Source: Pseudomonadota bacterium (GTDB taxonomy: Archaea; Thermoplasmatota; SW-10-69-26; JACQPN01; JAJPHT01). From it: a stretch of 64,000 nt of DNA. The translations under genes were made by a program, and so were the position numbers. The stretch covers positions 32,001 to 96,000 of the forward strand of contig JAJPHT010000013.1 of NCBI GenBank assembly GCA_021325135.1, read 5' to 3'. Shown here piece after piece: positions 29,097-38,411 of the stretch. The first letter of the stretch is position 1. Every line of letters starts with the position of its first letter. A model generated the notes under the pieces. The model did not search any database, had not been told where the DNA came from, and worked only from the letters and a program-made list of their open reading frames with translations.

Positions 29097-30515
29097 CTAC
29101 TTCTTTCTCCAGCGCGGCCCGCCGGCGGCGTCCTCGATGACGTAGCCCAATTCCGCAAGGCGGTCGCGGATGCGGTCGCTCTGGGCGAAGTCCTTGCGCT
29201 TGCGCGCCTCCTGGCGAAGCTCCAGCAGGAGGTCGAGCAGGGGCGCCGCGTCGCCGGCCGCCGCGGGCGCCTCGTCGGGGAGCACGTCGAAGACCGCGGC
29301 CACCTGGTGGAACATCGCGAGGCCCTTCTCCAGCGTGGGGCCGTGGGCGTCGCCCGCGTACTTGTTGAGGTCGCTGGTCATGTCGAAGAGGGCCGCCAGC
29401 GCGACGGGCGTGTTGAGGTCGTCGTCCATGGCGGCCTCGAACGCCTTGACGCGCGACTCCAGCGCGCGCAGGAAGGCCGCGTCCTCGGGGCGCTCGTCCT
29501 TGCGCGTCTGCGCCTGGGCGTGCCGCGCGTTGGCGAGCATGTTGGTGAAGCGCTCGATGGTCTTGTCCGCCTGGCCCAGCGCGGCGAGGCTGTAGTCGAT
29601 GGGGCTGCGGTAGTGCGTGCCCGCGAACCAGAGCCTCAACGCCTCGGGCTTCCACTCGGCGAGGGCCGCGTTGAGCGTCGTGAAGTTGCCCAGGCTCTTG
29701 CTCATCTTGACGCCCTCCACGGTGAGGAAGCCCACGTGGAGCCAGTACTTCACGAACGGCTTGCCGTTGGCGCTCTCGCTCTGCGCCAGCTCGTTCTCGT
29801 GGTGCGGGAAGATGAGGTCCCAGCCGCCGCCGTGGACGTCGATGGTCTCGCCCAGGAGCGCCTTCGCCATGACGCTGCACTCGATGTGCCAGCCGGGCCG
29901 GCCGCGCCCCCAGGGGGAATCCCACGAGACGCCCTCGCCGGGCTTCGTGGCCTTCCAGAGGGCGAAGTCCGCGGGGTGGCGCTTCCCCTCGGCCACGTCC
30001 TTGCGGACGCCCTGGAGAAGCTCGTCGCGGTTGAGGTGCGAGAGCTTGCCGTAGTCGGGATCGCTCTCGACGCTGAAGTAGACGCTCTGGCCGTGCTCGT
30101 CCTGGCCGACGTAGGCGTGCCCCTTCCTGATGAGCGTCTGCGTCATCTCGACGATGCCTGCGATGTGCTCGCTCACCTTGGGGTAGGCCTGCGGGGGCTT
30201 GATGCGCAGCTTGGCGAAGGCCTGCGTGGAGAGGTCGTGGATGCGCTGCGCGTACTTCAGCGGCTCCTCGCCCCGCTCGTGGGCGCGGGCCAGGATGCGG
30301 TCGTCCACGTCGGTGATGTTCTGGACGTGCTTCACGCGCAGGCCGCGGTGCTCCAGGTAGCGCTTCATCACGTCGTAGGCGACGTAGGCGCGGGCGTGGC
30401 CGATGTGCGCCTCCTCGTAGGGCGTGAGGCCGCACACGTACATCCGCACCTCGGGGGCGTGGAGCGGGACGAACGGCTCCTTCTTCCCGGTGAGGGTGTT
30501 CGTGACCTGGAGCAT
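29097..30515 (-). CDS. cysS: Cysteine--tRNA ligase (canonical)
   Basis: HIGH, NITDVDDRI, GRPGWHIEC, FPHHENE, KMSKS, DDLNTP, RQEARKRKDFAQSDRIRD anticodon domain. Confidence 0.96.
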   Translation of the reverse strand: MLQVTNTLTGKKEPFVPLHAPEVRMYVCGLTPYEEAHIGHARAYVAYDVMKRYLEHRGLRVKHVQNITDVDDRILARAHERGEEPLKYAQRIHDLSTQAFAKLRIKPPQAYPKVSEHIAGIVEMTQTLIRKGHAYVGQDEHGQSVYFSVESDPDYGKLSHLNRDELLQGVRKDVAEGKRHPADFALWKATKPGEGVSWDSPWGRGRPGWHIECSVMAKALLGETIDVHGGGWDLIFPHHENELAQSESANGKPFVKYWLHVGFLTVEGVKMSKSLGNFTTLNAALAEWKPEALRLWFAGTHYRSPIDYSLAALGQADKTIERFTNMLANARHAQAQTRKDERPEDAAFLRALESRVKAFEAAMDDDLNTPVALAALFDMTSDLNKYAGDAHGPTLEKGLAMFHQVAAVFDVLPDEAPAAAGDAAPLLDLLLELRQEARKRKDFAQSDRIRDRLAELGYVIEDAAGGPRWRKK

Positions 30516-30590
30516 GTCCGCCGGGAGCCCGTGGCGCGGGCATCAAGATTTGGAGGGACCGGAACGCTCCACGGATTGCCCCACTCGAAA

Positions 30591-30612
30591 AATGTTGCAT
30601 TAGGGAAACATT
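30591..30612. promoter_or_regulatory. Putative MntR/DtxR-family operator
   Basis: AATGTT-gcattaggga-AACATT palindrome about 30 nt upstream of mntH. Confidence 0.65.
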
Positions 30613-30641
30613 CATGGGCCAAGGCGCCTGACACCCCCTGC

Positions 30642-31913
30642 ATGGCGACCCCCGAGGTGACGCTCCCGGCCAGCGGCCGCGAGGGCGCCAAGGCGTCGCT
30701 CTGGCTGCGCCTGCGCCGCGTGCTGCCCTTCCTGGGGCCCGCGTTCCTGGTGAGCGTCGGCTACATGGACCCGGGCAACTGGGCGACCAACATCGCCGCG
30801 GGCAGCTCGTTCGGCTACACCCTGCTCTGGGTGCTGCTGATGTCGAACCTCATGGCGCTCCTGCTCCAGGCGCTCTCCGCCAAGCTGGGCGTCGCCACGG
30901 GCATGACGCTGGCGCGCGCGATCCGCACCCACACCTCGCGCCCCATGAGCGTCTTCCTCTGGCTCACCGCCGAGGCCGCCGCCATGGCGACCGACCTCGC
31001 CGAGTTCCTGGGCGCCGCGCTGGGCATCTACATCCTGCTCAAGGTGCCCCTCTTCATCTCCGCGCTGATCACGGGCGTCCTCGTCTTCCTCATCCTGGGC
31101 CTGCACCGCTTCGGCCACCGCGCGGTGGAGCTCGTCATCATCGCACTGGTCGCGATCGTGGGGCTCGCCTACGTCTACGAGGTCTTCGTCTCCGCGCCCT
31201 CGTGGCCCGACGTGGGGCGCGGCGTCCTCGTGCCCGGCTTCGAGGGCGCGGGCGCCGTGCTGGTCGCCGTGGGCATGCTGGGCGCCACGGTCATGCCGCA
31301 CAACGTCTTCCTGGGCTCGCACGTCGTCCAGGCGCGCCGCGCCGCCCACGACACGCCCGAGGGCAGGCGGCGCCTCTACAAGTTCGCCCTCTTCGACCTC
31401 GCCGTGGCGCTCAACATCGCGTGGCTCATCAACAGCGCCATGGTCATCATGAGCGCGGCCGCGTTCGGGGGGCACGGCGTCAGCGAGCTGCAGGACGCGC
31501 ACGTGACGCTGGGCCTCCTCTTCGGCGGCGCCTCCGCCGTGGCCTTCGCCCTCGCGCTCATCTCCGCGGGCCTCTCCTCCAGCGTCACCGGCACCCTGGC
31601 TGGGCAGAGCATCATGGAGGGCTTCATCGGCTACCGCATGTGGCTCTGGGCCCGCCGCGCCATCACCATGGTGCCCGCGCTCGTCGCCATCTGGTTCGCG
31701 GGCGGCCAGGCGCTCATCATCCTCATCTGGAGCCAGGTCGTCCTCTCGCTCCAGCTCCCCTTCACCATCATCCCGCTCATCTGGCTCACGAGCCGCAGGA
31801 AGGTCATGGGCGAGTTCGCGAACAAGCCGTGGGTCACCGCGGTGGCGTGCCTCGTGGCCGCGGTCATCCTGGTGTTCAACGTCTACCTGCTCTACTCCCT
31901 CTGGGCCGGCTGA
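30642..31913 (+). CDS. mntH: Nramp-family Mn2+/Fe2+ transporter
   Basis: GYMDPGNW, GATVMPHN, GTLAGQ.IMEGF, SQVVLSLQLPF. Confidence 0.95.
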   Translation: MATPEVTLPASGREGAKASLWLRLRRVLPFLGPAFLVSVGYMDPGNWATNIAAGSSFGYTLLWVLLMSNLMALLLQALSAKLGVATGMTLARAIRTHTSRPMSVFLWLTAEAAAMATDLAEFLGAALGIYILLKVPLFISALITGVLVFLILGLHRFGHRAVELVIIALVAIVGLAYVYEVFVSAPSWPDVGRGVLVPGFEGAGAVLVAVGMLGATVMPHNVFLGSHVVQARRAAHDTPEGRRRLYKFALFDLAVALNIAWLINSAMVIMSAAAFGGHGVSELQDAHVTLGLLFGGASAVAFALALISAGLSSSVTGTLAGQSIMEGFIGYRMWLWARRAITMVPALVAIWFAGGQALIILIWSQVVLSLQLPFTIIPLIWLTSRRKVMGEFANKPWVTAVACLVAAVILVFNVYLLYSLWAG

Positions 31914-31956
31914 CGCCGGCGATGGCTCCAAGCTCCCCTCCCGCCCTTCGCCCCGC

Positions 31957-32460
31957 ATGCGCTCCCCTGGACGCGTTGCCCTGGGCCTCGCCGGGCTCCT
32001 CCTCTTCGAGCTGATCCTCGCCGCCTACCTCGCCAGCGTGGGCGCCACGACCTACGCCCTCGTGGGGGCCGGGCTCGTCGCCGCGCTGGGGCTTGCCCTC
32101 TGGCGCGCGTGGCGCGGCGAGCCGCTCCCCTCGTGGCTCCTCGGCGCCGTCGCCCTCCTCACCCTCGTCCGCGCCGTGCTCCAGTCCACCGGCGGGCTGA
32201 CGCTCCTCCACGTCGCGGTCTACGCCGTGCCCTTGGGGTGGGCCCTCGCCGCCACGGGCCGCGCCCGCCTCGTGGCCTACGGCGTGCTCCTCGTCGCCCT
32301 GGCGCGGACGTGGTTCGTCGGCCAGTACCTCCTCGGGGGCGCCACCACCATCGCCCTCGCCAACGTCTTCGGCGCGGCGGGCGCGTGGCTCTGGTGGTCC
32401 TCCTTCCTCCGCGACGACTCGGCCGCGGCCGAAGCGCCCACGGAGGCCCGGCCCGGGTAG
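31957..32460 (+). CDS. Membrane protein
   Basis: Five to six hydrophobic segments. Confidence 0.65.
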   Translation: MRSPGRVALGLAGLLLFELILAAYLASVGATTYALVGAGLVAALGLALWRAWRGEPLPSWLLGAVALLTLVRAVLQSTGGLTLLHVAVYAVPLGWALAATGRARLVAYGVLLVALARTWFVGQYLLGGATTIALANVFGAAGAWLWWSSFLRDDSAAAEAPTEARPG

Positions 32461-32461
32461 G

Positions 32462-33043
32462 TCAGGCGCGCGACAGGATCCAGTCCGCGGCCTCGGGCAG
32501 CGCGCGGCACACGTGGTCCGCCCGGGCGTTCGCGCCCTGGATCGCCGTGCGCAGCCGCGGGTCCACCAGCACCGTGCGGCACCCGGCGGCGCGCCCCGCC
32601 AGCACGTCCTTCGCGTTGTCGCCCACCATGTACGAGGCCGCCAGGTCCACGCCCAGGTCCCGCGCCGCCTGGAGCAGCATGGCGGGGCGGGGCTTCGCCG
32701 TCTCGGGCGTGAGCGCCGCGTACACGCCCTCGACCTTGGCGCCCGCGTCCTCCAGCGCGGCGACGACGCGGCGCATCACCTCGTCGTGGTCCGCCCGCGC
32801 GATGTAGCCCCGGCTCACCCACTCCTGGTTGGTCACGATGGCCAGCGCGAAGCCGGCCTTGGAGAGGCGAGCGGCGGCCTCGGGCGCCTCCGGGAGGAGG
32901 ACGAGCTGCGAAGGCTTGCGCACCAGGGCGAGGCGCCTGCGGTTGAGGACCCCGTCCCGATCGAGGAAAACGGCACGGCGCCGTTTTCCGAGATTCGACG
33001 AACCCGCAGGTTCGTCGTGATCAAGGAAAACGGCGCGGCGCAT
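32462..33043 (-). CDS. HAD IIIA phosphatase (GmhB/HisB-N-like) with duplicated N-terminus
   Basis: FLDRDGVLN, VTNQ, KPRPAML, MVGD..KD; RRAVFLD occurs twice. Confidence 0.88.
   Translation of the reverse strand: MRRAVFLDHDEPAGSSNLGKRRRAVFLDRDGVLNRRRLALVRKPSQLVLLPEAPEAAARLSKAGFALAIVTNQEWVSRGYIARADHDEVMRRVVAALEDAGAKVEGVYAALTPETAKPRPAMLLQAARDLGVDLAASYMVGDNAKDVLAGRAAGCRTVLVDPRLRTAIQGANARADHVCRALPEAADWILSRA
32953..33041. repeat. Direct-inverted-hairpin-direct triplication, 60-bp period, in frame
   Basis: 32959-32981 vs 33019-33041; inverted copy 32980-32994; hairpin 32996-33017. Confidence 0.85.
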
Positions 33044-33049
33044 GGGCCC

Positions 33050-33940
33050 TCAGAACTGGCGGCGGATGGTGGGCTCGCGCGGGCGCACCACGGCGCGCAG
33101 GCCGCGCTGCCGCAGGTAGTAGCCATACGCGAGGCCCACCGCGAGGCCGGTGAGGTGCGCGAAGCCGCCCACGCTGCTGTCCGACCCGACGTGGAAGACG
33201 ACGTCGATGAGGACGTAGAGGATGGTGAGCGCCCAGAGCGGCGTGGGGATGACGAAGAAGAAGAGGACCGTGAGCGTGGGCGCGAGGACGACCAGCGTGC
33301 CCGTGATGCCCATGAGCGCGCCGCTGGCCCCCAGCGCGCCGCAGCCGTAGGGGCCGCCGCACGAGTACAACGCGTTGGAGATGAGGGCCTGCGCGATGCC
33401 GGCGACGACCCCCGACGCGAGGAAGATGAACGTGAACCGGCGCGTGCCCAGGAGGCGCTCGACGGAGCCTCCGAAGAAGAACAGCGCGAGGCCGTTGAAG
33501 ATGATGTGGTTGGGGTCGACGGGCGAGTGCGCGAAGATGCTCGTCACCACGGTCCACGGGTGGGAGAGCCAGGTGCGGTCGATGACGAACGTCGTCTGGA
33601 ACGCGTCATAGCCCGCGGTGAAGCGGACCACGAACTCCAGGATGAACGTCACGACGATGATGCCCAGGAAGACGTAGGTCATCTTCCCGTCCACCTTGCT
33701 CCAGAAGGCGTCAAGGCTCGCGCGGGCCCGCGCGGGGCGCGGCGTCTGGACGCTGCGCACCAGGGGATCGCTCTGGAACACGCGGCCCTGCTCGCGCGCC
33801 TTCTCGCGGTAGGCCCCGAGGCCCGCGCACGAGTGGTTCTCGGGGAGCCGGTGCGCCGCGCAGTAGCGGCCCTTGCAGAACTTGCACACGTACGGCATGT
33901 ACTCCTCCACGCCGCACTGGTCGCACCGGCCGTTGGCCAT
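33050..33940 (-). CDS. Rhomboid protease with N-terminal AN1-type zinc finger
   Basis: CDQC..CKFC..YCAAHRLPENHSC; HIIFN, GASG, AHLTG. Confidence 0.92.
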   Translation of the reverse strand: MANGRCDQCGVEEYMPYVCKFCKGRYCAAHRLPENHSCAGLGAYREKAREQGRVFQSDPLVRSVQTPRPARARASLDAFWSKVDGKMTYVFLGIIVVTFILEFVVRFTAGYDAFQTTFVIDRTWLSHPWTVVTSIFAHSPVDPNHIIFNGLALFFFGGSVERLLGTRRFTFIFLASGVVAGIAQALISNALYSCGGPYGCGALGASGALMGITGTLVVLAPTLTVLFFFVIPTPLWALTILYVLIDVVFHVGSDSSVGGFAHLTGLAVGLAYGYYLRQRGLRAVVRPREPTIRRQF

Positions 33941-34013
33941 TGGCCTGAGCGAGTTCCCGTTCGCCCATCAACGTTTCGGGTCCGTTGAAGCGGCGAGGCT
34001 CCCTCTGCCGGGC

Positions 34014-34673
34014 GTGGCCCGCGCGCTCCCCACGTCGTTCTTCGCCCGGGACGCGGACCTCGTGGCCCGCGACCTCCTCGGCCGAGTCCTCGTCCACGAG
34101 ACGGCGCACGGCCGGCTGGCGGGACGCGTCGTCGAGACGGAGGCCTACTTCGGCCCCCCCGGGCGCAACCCGCAGCTCGCGCAGCGCGCCGACATGCCCG
34201 CGCGGCTGCGCGCGCGCCTGCTGCGCGAGGGCGATCCGGCCGCGCACTCCTTCGTGGGCGTGACCGAGCGCAACCGCGTGATGTACGGGCCGCCGGCGCG
34301 CGCCTACGTGTATCTCATCTACGGCGTGCACGAGTGCCTGAACGTCACGACGGGGCCCTCCGACGAGCCGCAGGCGGTCCTCCTGCGCGCGCTGGAGCCC
34401 ACGGAGGGCGTCCCCGAGATGGCGCGCCGCCGCGGGCGCTCCTCGCTGCGCGACCTGTGCAGCGGGCCCGGGAAGCTCTGCAAGGCGCTTGGCGTCACGC
34501 GCGCGCAATATGGCCACGACATGACGGAGCCGCCCCTGTGGTTCGAGGCGGGCGAGCCCGCGGCGCGCGTCGAGGCCACGCCGCGCGTGGGCGTCGTGGG
34601 GGCCGAGGACCTCCCCCTCCGCTTCGTGGAGAAGGGCAGCCCCTTCGCTTCGAGGCGCGCTCCACAACGATGA
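34014..34673 (+). CDS. DNA-3-methyladenine (alkylpurine) glycosylase, MPG/AAG family
   Basis: GRVVETEAY, DPAAHS, YVYLIYGVH.CLNV, AVLLRALEP, GPGKLC. Confidence 0.92.
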   Translation: MARALPTSFFARDADLVARDLLGRVLVHETAHGRLAGRVVETEAYFGPPGRNPQLAQRADMPARLRARLLREGDPAAHSFVGVTERNRVMYGPPARAYVYLIYGVHECLNVTTGPSDEPQAVLLRALEPTEGVPEMARRRGRSSLRDLCSGPGKLCKALGVTRAQYGHDMTEPPLWFEAGEPAARVEATPRVGVVGAEDLPLRFVEKGSPFASRRAPQR

Positions 34674-34698
34674 GACGCGCCCCGGCGGATGGGCCAGC

Positions 34699-35172
34699 GT
34701 GCGCGCGATCGCGCTCCTTCTGCTGCTGCTCCTGCCCGCCGCCCAGGCCGCCGAGGTCCGCCTCGTCTCGGGCGCCTACCAGCCCGGCGTCGTCCACGCC
34801 CGGGTGGGCGAGACGGTGACGTTCGCCAACGGCGACGACATGCCGCACACCGTGACCAGCGCGTGGGACGACGGCAAGTCCTTCTCGCGCGTGCTCCAGC
34901 CGGGCCAGTCGGTCGCGGTGGTGTTCCAGCAGCCGGGGGTCTACGTCGTGCGCTGCGTGCCGCACTCGACGAAGAGCGGCGAGGGCTACCAGGGCATGGT
35001 GGCCACGGTGGAGGTCGCGCCCGCGGCGTCGTTCCCCTGGAGCGCGGGCTGGCTCGCCCTCCTCTACGCGGGGCTCGCCCTCAGCCTGGGCGTCGTCGTC
35101 GCGTGGCGAGGGCGACGACGGCGGCCGCGGCCAGGAGCCACGCCGCCGGAGGCGCCGGCGTCCGAGCGTTGA
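34699..35172 (+). CDS. Membrane-anchored cupredoxin (type 1 copper)
   Basis: PHTVT..CVPH..GM ligands; signal peptide; C-terminal TM. Confidence 0.85.
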   Translation: MRAIALLLLLLLPAAQAAEVRLVSGAYQPGVVHARVGETVTFANGDDMPHTVTSAWDDGKSFSRVLQPGQSVAVVFQQPGVYVVRCVPHSTKSGEGYQGMVATVEVAPAASFPWSAGWLALLYAGLALSLGVVVAWRGRRRRPRPGATPPEAPASER

Positions 35173-37528
35173 CCTCGGCGCCCGCTCCGGGCTGCACCGA
35201 CGGGTCCGGCGCGCGCGACACGATGATGGGCGTGCCCGCCGTGGGGGTCGCCCCCGTCGGGCCCGTGGGCCCGGGAGCCTCCTCCGAGGGGGCGCCGCCG
35301 GCTCCGCCGATGCGGAACGCGGTCACGCCGCCCTTGCCGCTCCAGAGGTCGGGGCCCACGTCGGGCACGAGGAACGTGTCGCCCGACACGCTGATGCCCC
35401 CTTCCACCGCGCCGCCCGCGCTGAGGTTCGCCAGCACCGCGCCGGACGCGGCGTCCAGGAGGAAGACGCGCCCCTGGCTCGTGCCCTGGAGCACCACGCC
35501 ATGGGTCGCGGTCGCGGGCCCGAACATGCGGTCGCCGTACTGCTGCGGGAAGGGGCCCAATTCGCGGCTCCAGAGCGTGCGCCCCGTCGCGGCGTCGAAG
35601 GCGTGGACCATGCTGCGCGCCGTGGTGGGCGCGTAGATCGCGCCGCCCGAGACGGCCGCGGTGCCCAGGAAGCCCTCGACCTGCGCGGGCGTGGCGCCCG
35701 GCTCGCGGAAGTCCGCGCTGGCGCTCCAGACGAGGGCGCCCGTCGCGCGGTCCAGCGCGTAGTAGACGCCCCCCTTGTCGCCCTCGCCCACGAGCTTGCG
35801 GCCGTTGGCCTCGAAGAGGTTGGGCGAGGCGCCCAGGTCGCGGTCGGGGCCCGGCGAGCCGCGGCCGTTGAACGTGTCGTTGGGCGTCGCCTGGCGGCTC
35901 CACGCGATGGAGCCGTCGTCCATGCGCAGCGCGATCATCGCGTCGCTCAAGCTCCCCGCGGGCGCCGCGTAGGCGTTGCCCGTGCCCACGAAGAGGAGGC
36001 CGAGGTCCGGATCGAGGGCGGGCGTGCTCCACACGGAGACGCCCACGCCCCCGTCGGCCGCGGTGTAGGTGCGCCACACCAGCGAGCCGTCCGTCTCGTC
36101 GAAGCACGCCACGCTGCCGCGGAAGTCCTGCTCGCCCTGCCACTCCAGGAGCGTCTGCTCGGAGGCGACGCCCACGTAGACGCGCCCCTGGTAGGGCACG
36201 GGCGAGCCGTAGAGGTGCGTGCCGTCCACGGGGTCCGCGCGCACGCGCCACAGCTCGCGCCCCGTCGCGCGGTCCAGCGCGGCGAGGTTGCCCTTGGCGT
36301 CGCCCACGAGGAGCGTCGCGCCGTCCACCGCGACGGAGGAGTCAATGGGCGCGCCGTGGTCGACGCTCCAGACCTCGCGGCCGTCCGCCAGGGAGACCGC
36401 GTGGACCTTGCCGCCGCCGTCGCCGAAGTACGCGGTGCCGTTGGCGATGGCGGGCGTGCCGGTCACGGCGCCCGCGGCGCGATAGCTCCACGCCCGCGTC
36501 GCGTTGGGCGCGCTCTGGGGCGTGAGCGCGCTCTCCGGCGCGCGGAGGTTCGCGAGGCCGCCGTTGGCCGAGGGCCACGCCGGGCCGGCGGGGACGGCCG
36601 AGAACGCGAGGGAGTCGAGCCAGAGGCTCCGCTTCGCGCCGGGCTCGTCGTTGTAGTAGCACGTCTCGAAGACGTGCGGGCCCGCCAGGGCGCTGACCGT
36701 GACCGGGTGCTGGACCCACGAGTCGTTGACCTCGAAGGTCGTCACCGTGGCGCCGTCCTCGCGCACGACGACCAGCGTGCCCTCCCCGTTCACGGGCGAG
36801 CCCTTCACGAGGGGCGTGATGGTGGCCGCGAGGTCGCCCGTGGCCTGCCACATCTCCACGAAGCAGCCCACACCCCACTCCCACCACGCCTGCCCGCTGG
36901 GCGCCGTGGGGTCGTCCTCCATCTGGCCCGCGCGCGCGGCGTGCACCTGCGACGCGGGCACGGTGAAGCCGCTCCCGGGCGCGAGGAAGGGCACGGCCTG
37001 GAGCGTGGGCGTCTCGATGACGAGGCGGTCGAGCACGATCTCGCGCTCCGCCGCGGGCCCCTTGCCCAGGTCGCCGCTGTTGTCGTAGTTCTCCAGGCGC
37101 ACCGAGTGGCGGCCCGGAAAGAGCGCGACCGTCTGCACGTAGGGGCCCCAGCCGCCGCGCACGTCCCACTCGCCGCGCTGCTCGCCGTCCACGTAGAGGT
37201 GCAGGTGCGGGTTGATGGTGCCCTCCGGGTGCGAGCCCGTCGCGTAGATGCGGAACCACACGATGCCGGGCGCGTCGGTGGAGATCGCGTCCTGGATGGA
37301 GCCGTAGGTGTCCAGCTCCCACCCCTCGCCGCCCGACGCCGTGCCGTTGAGGGCGAGGAAGCCCGAGCCGCGGTCGGCGAAGTCCTCGGCCTCGATGGCC
37401 TCCAGGTCCGGCTGGTGCGGCACGGTGGAGCCCCCCAGCGAGGTGGCGGGCCGCCCGGAGGCGTGCGTGCCTGCGGCGATGGGGCAGGCGAGCGCGAGCG
37501 CGAACGCCAAGGCAAGCTGACGGTTCAT
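35081..37528 (-). CDS. Secreted PQQ-type beta-propeller dehydrogenase-like protein with two N-terminal CBM-like domains and C-terminal anchor
   Basis: ALD..TG...W repeats, VWSTPALD, VGTGN, D.DLGASP (PVA-dehydrogenase-like); IEAEDF module. Confidence 0.8.
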   Translation of the reverse strand: MNRQLALAFALALACPIAAGTHASGRPATSLGGSTVPHQPDLEAIEAEDFADRGSGFLALNGTASGGEGWELDTYGSIQDAISTDAPGIVWFRIYATGSHPEGTINPHLHLYVDGEQRGEWDVRGGWGPYVQTVALFPGRHSVRLENYDNSGDLGKGPAAEREIVLDRLVIETPTLQAVPFLAPGSGFTVPASQVHAARAGQMEDDPTAPSGQAWWEWGVGCFVEMWQATGDLAATITPLVKGSPVNGEGTLVVVREDGATVTTFEVNDSWVQHPVTVSALAGPHVFETCYYNDEPGAKRSLWLDSLAFSAVPAGPAWPSANGGLANLRAPESALTPQSAPNATRAWSYRAAGAVTGTPAIANGTAYFGDGGGKVHAVSLADGREVWSVDHGAPIDSSVAVDGATLLVGDAKGNLAALDRATGRELWRVRADPVDGTHLYGSPVPYQGRVYVGVASEQTLLEWQGEQDFRGSVACFDETDGSLVWRTYTAADGGVGVSVWSTPALDPDLGLLFVGTGNAYAAPAGSLSDAMIALRMDDGSIAWSRQATPNDTFNGRGSPGPDRDLGASPNLFEANGRKLVGEGDKGGVYYALDRATGALVWSASADFREPGATPAQVEGFLGTAAVSGGAIYAPTTARSMVHAFDAATGRTLWSRELGPFPQQYGDRMFGPATATHGVVLQGTSQGRVFLLDAASGAVLANLSAGGAVEGGISVSGDTFLVPDVGPDLWSGKGGVTAFRIGGAGGAPSEEAPGPTGPTGATPTAGTPIIVSRAPDPSVQPGAGAEVNARTPAPPAAWLLAAAAVVALATRRRRPG

Positions 37529-37613
37529 CCGGAGCCTGCGTCCTCGGCGGGTGGATCGGCCTTCTGCGACGAACCCCGGCAGGATGAAGCGGGCCTCCGG
37601 CGCTCGCCCCGCC

Positions 37614-38105
37614 GTGAACCCCGAGTTCCTCAGCGGCGAGGCAAGCGCCTCCCCCGCCGTCGAGCCGATGCTGGCCGGCGCGCGCCGCCTGGCGGAGGCC
37701 GGCCACGGCGCGGGCCTCCTCTCCGCGCGCAACGGCCTGCGCACGACGACGCACGCCAACGTGCCCTTCGGCTCCCTCGCCGCAGGCGACTTCGTGGAGG
37801 TCGCCGACTACGACCCGCACCTGGACCGCCTCCTGGTCATCGGCAAGCGCGAGCCGCACTCCTTCGCGGGGATGCACGCGCTCATGCTCCGCGCCAAGCG
37901 CGAGGTGGGCGCCATCGCCATGGCGGAGGGCAAGCCCAGGGAGGGGATCCGCGCGGTGAGCCGCGGCCGCACGATGCTGGAGAGCGCGCTCGCGGCGCTG
38001 GAGGGGCTGCGCGGCCGCGACGCCGTGGCCATGGCGCCCTACGTCCTCGCCGTGGGCCGCACCCCCGAGGAGGCGCTGGCCCGCCTGGAGGCGAGCCTCG
38101 CGTGA
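37614..38105 (+). CDS. Class II aldolase-like fold protein (degenerate)
   Basis: DFVEVADYDP..GKREP...MH..; start inferred. Confidence 0.5.
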   Translation: MNPEFLSGEASASPAVEPMLAGARRLAEAGHGAGLLSARNGLRTTTHANVPFGSLAAGDFVEVADYDPHLDRLLVIGKREPHSFAGMHALMLRAKREVGAIAMAEGKPREGIRAVSRGRTMLESALAALEGLRGRDAVAMAPYVLAVGRTPEEALARLEASLA

Positions 38106-38410
38106 CCAGCGTCGCGGGCTTCCAGCGCCACGTCGCGGACCTCTACCTGGCGAAGGACCGCCGCCGCGGGACCACCGGGACCATGCTCTGGATGGTGGAG
38201 GAGGTGGGCGAGCTGGCCGAGGCTGTGAGGCGCGGCGAGCGCGCGGGGCTGGAGGAGGAGATGGCGGACGTGCTGGCGTGGCTCGCCTCGCTGGCGAACC
38301 TTCTTGACGTCGACCTGGAGAAGGCGATCGCCGCGAAGTACCCCGCCCAGTGCCGCCGCTGCGGGAAGAAACCGTGCGCGTGCCCAGAGCCGGCGGCGGA
38401 GCCGCTCTGA
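38102..38410 (+). CDS. MazG-like nucleotide pyrophosphohydrolase
   Basis: EEVGELAEA..EEMADVLAWLASLAN..KYP..CRRC..PCAC. Confidence 0.88.
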   Translation: MTSVAGFQRHVADLYLAKDRRRGTTGTMLWMVEEVGELAEAVRRGERAGLEEEMADVLAWLASLANLLDVDLEKAIAAKYPAQCRRCGKKPCACPEPAAEPL

Positions 38411-38411
38411 C

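Noticed and set aside
31917-31935. GGCGATGG resembling the start of a fluoride riboswitch
   Set aside because: The rest of the consensus and the pseudoknot are absent.
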